Shown here: piece after piece, positions 32,158-41,100 of the stretch
How positions within the stretch are numbered: position 1 is the first letter of the stretch
Layout: each line of letters starts with the position of its first letter
Assembly: GCA_963674755.2 (NCBI GenBank)
Contig: CAXXVS010000002.1
Coordinates: 448,001 to 512,000 of the forward strand
Source of the DNA: Desulfobacterales bacterium
Lineage (GTDB): Bacteria > Desulfobacterota > Desulfobacteria > Desulfobacterales > UBA5852
Reading direction: 5' to 3'
DNA length: 64,000 nucleotides
The notes under the pieces: model-generated
Seen by the model: the letters and a program-made list of their open reading frames with translations, nothing else
Told to the model about the DNA's origin: nothing
Databases searched by the model: none
Made by a program: the position numbers and the translations under genes

Positions 32158-33939
32158 TCAGGCTTCCTTGACCACCGTCATGGTTTCAACTTCGGCGCGC
32201 TGGATCTGGGTCTCGTTGGTGGTGGACATTTCAGCCTTGAAGCACAAGGCCCACATCATGATGATGCCCAGAATCCACCAGGCGATCTGCCAGGACCACA
32301 GGCTCGGGAAACCGCTGAAGGAAAAGGCCGTGTTGCCCCAGATACAGGCCGGGCCGATGGCAAAGAAATACCACACCGGGACGGCGACCTTCATGACCTT
32401 GCGCCAGGCCGCGCCGGATTCGCTGGGGGCATCGATGTCGCTCAGGAAGGTACGCACTTCCTGCTGCCGTTGAACCGTTTCCTCGTTATCCTTGATGCCG
32501 ATGCCGCGGCAGATGTAGGCGAAGACCGCTGCCGTGAACAGACCCCAGAAGGCGCAGTGCATGGACAGGGGATTGGGCCACACCCTGTAGGTCAGGGCCA
32601 CGGCGATCATGCCGGCAAAGATGCCGATCACGGCCCCCACTGCGGGGAAGCGGAAGCCCCACAGGACGCCGGCCAGCAGCAGGTACATCAGGAAGCCGAA
32701 GGCGGTGGCCAGGGCGCCCAGAATAACGAGGGCCGCCGTGGATGTCAGACCCACGGCGAGCGCCGCAACGGTCAGAATGGTGGCCATTAGACGATTGACC
32801 CAGATCTGTTCCGCGTGGGTGGCTTCCTGTTTTTTGATGTAGCGCCAGTAAACGTCGCGCAGCAGGATGGACCCGCCGGTGCCGATGTACGGCGCAGCCG
32901 TGGAGTGAATGGCCGCGATGGCACCCATGAAGACGACCCCCAGCATGACCGGTGGCAGGAAGCTCTTCATCAGGGTCGGTACGACGGTCGCTTGGTTGAT
33001 GTCCAGGAAGGCCGGGTTGCCGGCTACCTGGAGAACCTTGGCGCCCATTCCCTGGAAGGCGGTGAAGAAGAACAGGGCGAAGCCCACCACGAAGGTGGAC
33101 ATGAAGGCCTGCTGCCAGGCCAGGGGTTTCGGGGATTTGATCCCGAAGGTCCACATGGTGAAGGCCGGAGAAGACTGGATGCCCATGAGGGCGAACATGT
33201 AGGTCAGGATCATGACCGAGGTCCAGCCGCCGCCCAAACCGAAGTTGATGACTTTGGGCACGGTCAGGAATTTCGGATCAAGAGCCTTGATGGAAGTGGA
33301 AAAAGCTGTCCAACCGCCGAATTCTGGCGCTTTCATGACGTAGAAGCCCAGGATGATGATACCACCCACCAGGAGGACGAACTGGATGACCCCGACCCAG
33401 GTGGAGGCCTTAAGGCCACCGGTGCAGACATAAAACCATACGATGAAGGCCAGGAAGATGGCCCCGTAGGCCGTGGGCACACCGGCGATGACGTTGAACA
33501 GGGCGCCGGCCGCCATCAGCTGGACCGCCGAATAGAAGATCGAATAGAGGACTGCGGTGGCGACAACCAGCCAGCGCAGGGTTTCATTGTTGTAGTAGTA
33601 GGCATACATGTCGCCGGGGGTGATGAACCCGTAACGTTTGCCCATGAGCCAGGTGCGTTTGGAGAAAAACGTACCGGTGATGGGAATCGTCAGTACGTAA
33701 AACGATGCAAACGCATAGGCCAGGCCGTCACGCCAGATCAGACCGGGGTGACCGATAAAGGTCCACCCGCTGAAGGACGCGGCCGTGGCGGCGAGTAGAA
33801 ATGCGAAGAAGGGGATGGACCGGCCTGCAATTGCGTAACCGGAGGATGTCTTCTCGGTAAAATACCCCTTGAGCCCCCAGTAGAAGCAATAGACGATATA
33901 CAGGCCAAGCATGATATAGACCCAGGTTGTTCCGCTCAT
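32158..33939 (-). CDS. Sodium:solute symporter family permease (probable acetate/monocarboxylate uptake)
   Basis: AASFSGWTFIG, GGLKASTW, many TM helices; directly downstream of acs. Confidence 0.9.
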   Translation of the reverse strand: MSGTTWVYIMLGLYIVYCFYWGLKGYFTEKTSSGYAIAGRSIPFFAFLLAATAASFSGWTFIGHPGLIWRDGLAYAFASFYVLTIPITGTFFSKRTWLMGKRYGFITPGDMYAYYYNNETLRWLVVATAVLYSIFYSAVQLMAAGALFNVIAGVPTAYGAIFLAFIVWFYVCTGGLKASTWVGVIQFVLLVGGIIILGFYVMKAPEFGGWTAFSTSIKALDPKFLTVPKVINFGLGGGWTSVMILTYMFALMGIQSSPAFTMWTFGIKSPKPLAWQQAFMSTFVVGFALFFFTAFQGMGAKVLQVAGNPAFLDINQATVVPTLMKSFLPPVMLGVVFMGAIAAIHSTAAPYIGTGGSILLRDVYWRYIKKQEATHAEQIWVNRLMATILTVAALAVGLTSTAALVILGALATAFGFLMYLLLAGVLWGFRFPAVGAVIGIFAGMIAVALTYRVWPNPLSMHCAFWGLFTAAVFAYICRGIGIKDNEETVQRQQEVRTFLSDIDAPSESGAAWRKVMKVAVPVWYFFAIGPACIWGNTAFSFSGFPSLWSWQIAWWILGIIMMWALCFKAEMSTTNETQIQRAEVETMTVVKEA

Positions 33940-34307
33940 ACCGTACCTCCAATGGTTTCCTCATATGCCACTTCCGGTAGACATGTGTCACCAGGCAATC
34001 GGCATAATGGTTTGTAGCCATTTATAAGACTCGGGAAGAATGTATCACCTCCTTTCAGATGCGGTTAGCCACCCTGGAGCGGCGCTGCCCGGCCATAGGC
34101 TGTGCCGCCGGGGCTGCATCGGGTGGACGCGTCGCCGCGCGCGGCAGGTGCGGGCGGCGACCCGTGGGCCTGTGGTTCACCTTCCCGGGCGGCCGGGCGG
34201 CCGCCTGGAAGTTCGCCATCCGGAAGGGCGGGCCGGGAGGTGCGCGGAGGTCCGGGCGACGGATAGCGCCAGCGGCCGTGGGACGGCTGCCGGCGTGTGG
34301 AACTTGG

Positions 34308-36341
34308 CTATTTCTGGACCTGGTTCCGGATCGTTTCGACAACGTCCGGGTTGGCCAGGGTCATGACATCCCCCACATCGGTATTGTTGGAGATGGACGC
34401 CAGCACGCGGCGCATGATTTTGCCCGAACGCGTCTTGGGCATGTCGGGCACGATCCAGACCTTACGCGGTTTGGCAATCGGGCCGATTTCGGAAATCAGG
34501 GCATCCATCACTTTCTTGGCAATGGCATCGCTGGCCTCGAACCCCGGTTTGAGGGAGATGTACATATCCGGCGTCACCCCCTTGATGTCGTCCTTGACCG
34601 GGACAACGGCGGATTCGGCCACTTCCTCCACCACTAGGGCGGCGGATTCCAGTTCCTTGGTGCCCAGTCGATGACCGGAAACGTTGATGACGTCGTCGAT
34701 GCGGCCCAGAATCCGATAGTAGCCGTCCGGGGCCTCTACGGCGGCGTCCCCGGTCATGTAAGGCCAGTCGCGCCAATCTTTGCTGTCGGGGTTTTTGCAG
34801 TAGCGTTCGAAATAATTGGTCACAAAACGGGCACGGTCGCCCCAGATGGTCTGGAACATGCCCGGCCAGGGATTCTGGATGCAGATGTTGCCGGCCTTGC
34901 CGGCGCCCCGCGGCAGTTCCTTGCCTTCGTCGTCGTAGATGATGGGGTGGATGCCCGGCATGCCTTTGCCGGCGCTGCCCGGTTTCATGGGGGAGATGCC
35001 CGGCAGGGTGCTGCAAAGAAAACCGCCGGTCTCGGTCTGCCACCAGGTGTCCACGATGGCGGCCTGCTTCTTGCCGACCACATTGTAATACCATTTCCAG
35101 ACTTCCGGCTCGATGGGCTCCCCCACAGTGGTCATGTGCTTGAACTTGTAGTTGTACTTGGCGGGTTCGTCCGGGCCGATCTTGCGCAGGGCGCGAATGG
35201 CCGTGGGTGCGGTGTGGAAGATGTTGACATCCAGGTCCTGGGCGATGCGCCAGGGGCGTCCCGGATCCGGGTAGTTGGGAATGCCCTCGTAGATCACCGA
35301 AGAGGCGCACAGGGCGAGAGGGCCGTAGACGATGTAGGAGTGGCCCGTAATCCAGCCGATGTCAGCCATGCACCAGTAGACGTCTTCGGGATGGATGTCC
35401 TGGACATATTTGGAGGTCCCGGTCACGTAGGCCAGATAGCCGCCGGTGCCGTGCTGGCACCCCTTGGGTTTGCCGGTGGTGCCGCTGGTGTACATCAGGA
35501 AGAGCGGATCCTCGGCATTCATTCTCTCCGGTTCAATTCGGGCACCGTAGTAATCCTTCAACTTTTCGTTCACCATGAAATCCCGGCCTTCCACAACCGG
35601 CGTCTGGGCCGAGTACTTGCCGGGGTAGCGCTGCCAGATGAGAACCTTGTCGACCTTCTGGCCTTCATTGGTTGCCTTGGCCACGGCTTCATCAGCCTTC
35701 TTTTTATGATCGAGGAGTTTGCCACCACGATAGTAGGAATCAATGGTGATGAGCACCCGGCTGCCCGAGTCCACGATGCGGTCGGCGGCGGCATTGCCGC
35801 TGAAACCGCCGAAGACCTGGGAGTGGATGACGCCCAGGCGGGCGCAGGCCAGCATGGTAATGGGCAGCTCCGCACTCATGGGGAGGTGCAGGGTGACGCG
35901 GTCGCCGCGCTTGAGGCCCGCAAAATCCCGCAGCAGGGCCGCCATTTCATTTACCCGCACATAAAGCTCCTGGTAGGTGATATGCTCGACCTTCTCTTCT
36001 TCCAGTTCGGGAACGAAATGAATGGCGGTTTTGTTTTTGTTTTTGGCGAGATGGCGGTCGATGCAGTTGTAGCTGGCGTTAATCTTGCCGCCCTTGAACC
36101 ACTTGTAGCAGGGTGCGTCGCTGGTATCGAGAATATCGGTCCAATACTCGTACCAATCCAGCATGTCGGCGTATTCTTTAAAGCAATTGGGGAAATTGTC
36201 CAGACTGAAACGGTCGTAGATCTTCTCATCCGTCATGTTGGCCTGGGCCACGAAATCCCGCGGCGGAGGGAAATAGTCTTCTTCTTGCCAGTGTACCGCG
36301 ATTTGAGCTTCCGAAGTTTCGACGACTTCCTTTTGACTCAT
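34308..36341 (-). CDS. acs: Acetate--CoA ligase
   Basis: YTSGTTGKPKG, ADIGWITGHSYIVYGPL, DTWWQTETGG, PKTRSGKIMRR. Confidence 0.97.
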   Translation of the reverse strand: MSQKEVVETSEAQIAVHWQEEDYFPPPRDFVAQANMTDEKIYDRFSLDNFPNCFKEYADMLDWYEYWTDILDTSDAPCYKWFKGGKINASYNCIDRHLAKNKNKTAIHFVPELEEEKVEHITYQELYVRVNEMAALLRDFAGLKRGDRVTLHLPMSAELPITMLACARLGVIHSQVFGGFSGNAAADRIVDSGSRVLITIDSYYRGGKLLDHKKKADEAVAKATNEGQKVDKVLIWQRYPGKYSAQTPVVEGRDFMVNEKLKDYYGARIEPERMNAEDPLFLMYTSGTTGKPKGCQHGTGGYLAYVTGTSKYVQDIHPEDVYWCMADIGWITGHSYIVYGPLALCASSVIYEGIPNYPDPGRPWRIAQDLDVNIFHTAPTAIRALRKIGPDEPAKYNYKFKHMTTVGEPIEPEVWKWYYNVVGKKQAAIVDTWWQTETGGFLCSTLPGISPMKPGSAGKGMPGIHPIIYDDEGKELPRGAGKAGNICIQNPWPGMFQTIWGDRARFVTNYFERYCKNPDSKDWRDWPYMTGDAAVEAPDGYYRILGRIDDVINVSGHRLGTKELESAALVVEEVAESAVVPVKDDIKGVTPDMYISLKPGFEASDAIAKKVMDALISEIGPIAKPRKVWIVPDMPKTRSGKIMRRVLASISNNTDVGDVMTLANPDVVETIRNQVQK

Positions 36342-36714
36342 ACCTACCCCCATTAAGTTTAGATGTTAGTAAGGAATTGAACACGTACAATCGAAGCGTC
36401 CTGCTTGAATGGCTTATGTCGGTGGCACCGTGCTGGTATTTGCTCAGGTGGCGCGGTGAAATTAAGAATATATATAGATATCAACATGGTATCGATTATA
36501 TGGCTAAAGCGGTTTGTATGAATGGAAGGAATTATGTAAAACTGAATACATTTACTGGACAAAATTTGTCAAGTGAATTTTATTCATTAATAAAACTTTT
36601 TTTGGAAAAGTGCCGGTGCAGGAACCAAAATACAATAAATAAATAATAAAAACAGTTAGATGAAAAATATAGGGTCGAATGTGAAAACGCTGTTAGCGGA
36701 ACGCCAGCCGCTTG

Positions 36715-36732
36715 CGACTGGTTAACCAGTCG
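36715..36732. promoter_or_regulatory. Perfect 18-bp palindrome CGACTGGTTAACCAGTCG, candidate operator
   Basis: Perfect dyad in the AT-rich divergent acs / SPFH intergenic region. Confidence 0.5.
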
Positions 36733-37172
36733 TTACAGCAAAAAAAATAAAATTCAATATTTGATTTTTGTTAAATAGGTGGGTATCGTTCAAACGGCAG
36801 GCGTGATCGTTTTTCCCGCCAATTGACCGATTCATATGAATAGTCGTTGAAGTGCCGCCGTACTTGACCTAATTATATGCAGCGGCACGATTCGCTGAGG
36901 TTCGGAAGCGGACCGCGCCCAAACCGTAATAGCCATCGGGGTGTGCTGCAGGGCGGATCTGCATCGGAGGGGATTCCGGTGCGGCAGACGCTGGGCCTGC
37001 TAGACCTGCCAACGGCCCAAACCTTTCAACAGCAGAGGGCGCCAAGCCGCAGACCGCTGCCGAGGTGTGAGCGCGCGTCTTGTGATCCGCCCTCCGGCCT
37101 GAGAAGGTCTACCGAGGTCGATGGCAATCGGCAACCGATTCCTATTATCAATCTTTGGCAGTCGAGGAGCTT

Positions 37173-38117
37173 ATGGCCGATCAGTTTTCCAAAAAAATTA
37201 TGCGAAGAGCGTTTGTCAAAACGGTGGTACGAAGAATATTTGCCCTGGTGGCTTTGTGTGGCATGGTCTATGGCCTGGTGGCCCTGGTTTACGCTTCCAA
37301 GACGATCTACAAAGTCAATGAAAACTACGCCGTCGTGCTGGAGCGCTTTGGCGGCCAGCGCCAGGCCATCACGGCCATTGGCTGGCACGTGCGGCTGCCC
37401 TTTTTTACGCGCATCGAACAGGAAGTGTCCCTGATGAACCAGATCCTCAATCTGGGCGGCTCCACGGAACCGATGCGCATCATCACAAAGGAAAACGTGG
37501 CCTTGTGGACGTCGGCCCTGATGACCTATCGGATCCGGAACCTGCATACCTGGGCCATCGAGAATCTTCATCCGCTGCAGCTTTTAAGTGGTGATTATGA
37601 CGGTATTGTCAAAGACATTCTCCAAGCCCAGAAGGTCAATCAGCTGATCAGCGACCGCGAAAGCGTCAAGGAAAAGATATTTAAAGCGCTCAAGTCCCGC
37701 CCCATCAACGAAGGCGGTCCGACCCTGGAACAAAAATACGGCATCGAAGTGGTCAGCTTCGTTTTAAAGGAAACCCGTTTCGGCGATAAGCTGGTCGCGG
37801 CAACCGAAGAAAAAAAGCGCCGCGAGCTGATCGCCGAGGCGGAAAACTATGCCGCCGACCAGGAGGCCAGCCGCATCCGCAAATTGTATGCCGCCTATCT
37901 CGAGGGTATCCAGGCGCTTCAAAAGGGACTGGGGGGCGTCAATCACGCCAATGACACGGCGCTGCTGCAATTCCTGGTGCAGCAGCAGTGGGCCGCCGCC
38001 TACGAGAAAAACCAGACCGGACAGAGTACCATCGTGATCCAGAATACCCAGGATAACGTTCCCCTGGCACTACCCGCTCCGGCACCCAGCCCCACAGGTG
38101 CCAAAAAAGGAGAGTAG
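37173..38117 (+). CDS. SPFH/Band 7 (HflC-like) membrane protein
   Basis: GAGGAG RBS; one N-terminal TM helix, YKVNENYAVVLERFG, GWHVRLPF, ITKENV, YGIEVV, A/E-rich coiled coil. Confidence 0.88.
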   Translation: MADQFSKKIMRRAFVKTVVRRIFALVALCGMVYGLVALVYASKTIYKVNENYAVVLERFGGQRQAITAIGWHVRLPFFTRIEQEVSLMNQILNLGGSTEPMRIITKENVALWTSALMTYRIRNLHTWAIENLHPLQLLSGDYDGIVKDILQAQKVNQLISDRESVKEKIFKALKSRPINEGGPTLEQKYGIEVVSFVLKETRFGDKLVAATEEKKRRELIAEAENYAADQEASRIRKLYAAYLEGIQALQKGLGGVNHANDTALLQFLVQQQWAAAYEKNQTGQSTIVIQNTQDNVPLALPAPAPSPTGAKKGE

Positions 38118-41100
38118 TGATGGCGCGTCGGGTCACCAGACAAGTCAAGTATGTTCGCCTGCCGGAAAAGCGTATCCGTGAAATCGATGCCCTGGTTTCC
38201 TCCTGGCCTTACGAGACAAGGGCCTTCATGCGGGCCCGCTTGAACCAGTACAAGCCGCGGACGGGTTTTCTCAATTTTCTGATGGACCGGTTTCTCTTTC
38301 TGGCCGTGGGCGTTCATGACAAAAGCTTTGAAATCATCAACGACCCCGAGGTCATCACGGATTGGCAGATGCGTTTCGAGATCTCCGGGCAGCGCAATCC
38401 CCAGGATGCCTGGAACAAAATTCTCGACAAGGAGATTTCGGCCCGCGATCATCTTTACTTGCTGTCCCTGCTGGACCGGGAACTGCGCGACATCCACGTG
38501 CCCTATGAGCTGCAGTCCCTGTTCGAGAAAATCTACCGCGCCCATCTGCGGAAGGAATACCTTTCCGATCCCGAAGTACCCAAATCCCCGCTGGTTCTGG
38601 TGGTCGGGGTGAGCGGGAGCGGCAAGAGCGCGACCGTGGAAAGGGTCATCGAAGATGTCATTTTCGCCAATGAAATTTTACCGGAAATCGATTTGCAGCA
38701 GAAGAAGGAAGTCATCCTGGCGGATTTGCCCTTCTGGAAAACCATCGAAGAAGTGGATCCGACCCTGGCCTTCGAGATTTCCCGGCGGAACCAAACCCGT
38801 TTTTATCAGGGATTGAGCAAAATTCCGCTCATTCGCTGGCTGTTCAAAAAACGCATTGCCCTCAACCTGACCGAACTGGGTGAGCAGGGTATCCCGGTGG
38901 ATTACGCCATCGTCACCCCCAACGAGTACCAGACGGCCCTGGCCGGCGAACCCGGCAATTACTTTCGCAAGGCCATGGGCGACCCCAAGAAAACGGCCAT
39001 CCGCCATATCGAGGAGGCGCACAGCGCCTTTGGCAAGGCCAGTGAAGAACAGAGCGGACCCCAGCGTCAGCAGCGCACCCTGGTGGATGCGGCCAACATC
39101 ATTTTGGATGAGATTGCCAGCGGCCGGCGCGACTGCGTGCTGGTGGCCACGACTGACCAGCCGGAGCGGATCGATGGCGCGATTTATCGCCGATTCGTGG
39201 AAAAAGGGGCCATCATCGATCTGGGCGACTACTGGCAAAACAAGGCCAATCTGGCGGAAGTCGTCCGCATCGAGCTCCAGCGCAACGATATCCATCTTAT
39301 CGGTCCTGAAAATGCGCTGCCCCGCAGGCAGGTCGACACCCTTCAAGCGGTTGATCTCGATCAGGCGGTCGAGGGCATCTACCGTTTGTTTCGTGAGCGT
39401 AGCCTGACCCTGACACCAGCCTATGTCCGCAAGCTGGTGCATTCCATCATTCAGATTCGCCATACCTTCGATGCGGCCTTTCTGGACGATGCCGATCTCG
39501 TGCGGCAGGCCTTTGAACTGGTGGCCAAGAATACCTATGGCGATCTCTACAAAAGGGTCGTCGATCACATGGATCGTCGGGTGAAGTGGGAGGAGTACAT
39601 CGGCGACATCAAATACGTTTTTTCGGAGATGGCCAACAACTGCCTGCAATATGGTCTCAGCGAGGAAAAGGGCGTTGTGCTCAACGGCCCCCCGGGGGGC
39701 GGAAAGACGTTTCTGGTGCGCACCTGGCTGAGCGAAAACAGCGCCATTCACGACATCGCCACCAGCGCAAGCGCGCTCCAGGATCCGATCAATCCGGTGG
39801 AGGGGGCCGTGGACAATATGGAGAAAGTCTACGACATCGCCAAGATGATCGCCCCCACCGTCATTTTTTTTGACGAAGGTGATGCCCTGGCCCCCAAGCG
39901 CAGCAGCACCGGGGGATCTCCCCAGGACAAGCTGACCAATAAGTTTCTGAGCCTGATCGACGGTGAGATTCCTTTGAACCAGGTGTTTACCGTATTGACC
40001 ACCAACCGGCTCGATATTCTGGACCCGGCCCTGATCCGTTCCAAACGGCTCAAGGTCTTGGAAGTGACCGGCCATCTGCGCAAAAGCGACATCGCGGCTA
40101 TTGTGGCAGCCTCCCTGGGGGATGTGCCGCTCGAAGCGGGGCTTGATCTGTCGGCCGTGGTGGAAGCCGCCCAGAACATCTGTAACACGCCGGCCGATTA
40201 TACGGCCTTTGTGGAAAAGGCGCGCTCGCTGCGCAGCACGGAATATGAAATCATTCTCCGGCTGCGCAAGATTCCCGCCATGTCGGAAAAGGACAACCGC
40301 AACTTTATCAAATTCAATCTCAAGACCCTGCTGGGAATGCTCAACGCCCTGCAGGCGCCGGCCGAGATGATCAACCAGGTTCGCGAACACCCGGGACAAT
40401 TTATTCAACAGCACCGCATGGTGCTGGATCTGATCGCCGGGGTTGAAAACGAGATCCAGTACCCCCTGCGCCGCGCGCATCTGGAATCGGCGCGGAGCGA
40501 GATCTCCCAGAGCCCGGTAAAAAAGGGCAAGGTCCAGCTGGATGAATTCCTGGAGGGCGAACTCAGCGAAGAGCCCCAGGTGGGGTTTATCGTCGGGGTG
40601 GGCGCCAATGACGTCACCGGTGTCCTGCTGCCCATCGCCACCAGCCTCAACTACAAAATGGCCCCAGATAAAGTGTTGGTGACCGGGGCGGTTTCGACAT
40701 CGGCACCTGGAGCGGCCGAGTTGGACATGTCGGTCAAAATGACCCAGCAGTCCGCCCAGGAAGCCCTGACCCTGGTGAAGAACTATCTCCAGCACCTGCA
40801 GCCCAAGATCAGCATCCCCCGGCTGTTCGGGGAGTTTCTCGACCATTACACCATCCACCACCAGCTTTTGACCGCGTCCTACAATGTCGGGGGACCATCG
40901 GCCGGTTATGCGCTGGCCCTCAATACCCTCTCGGCCCTGCTGATGATACCGGTCTTAAACGATTTCGGCGTTACCGGAGCGCCCTGGACACGGGGCGCCA
41001 AAAAAGGCGAAATTGGCGGTTCGGTCATCATCGGCGGTCACAAGAAGAAAACTGAGAAAGTCCTGCTGCACCTCAGACGCATGTACATGCCCCTGCAAAA

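Noticed and set aside
36877..37434. 185-aa plus-strand ORF upstream of SPFH
   Set aside because: Overlaps the SPFH gene out of frame, has no RBS, and has low-complexity R/P/S composition.
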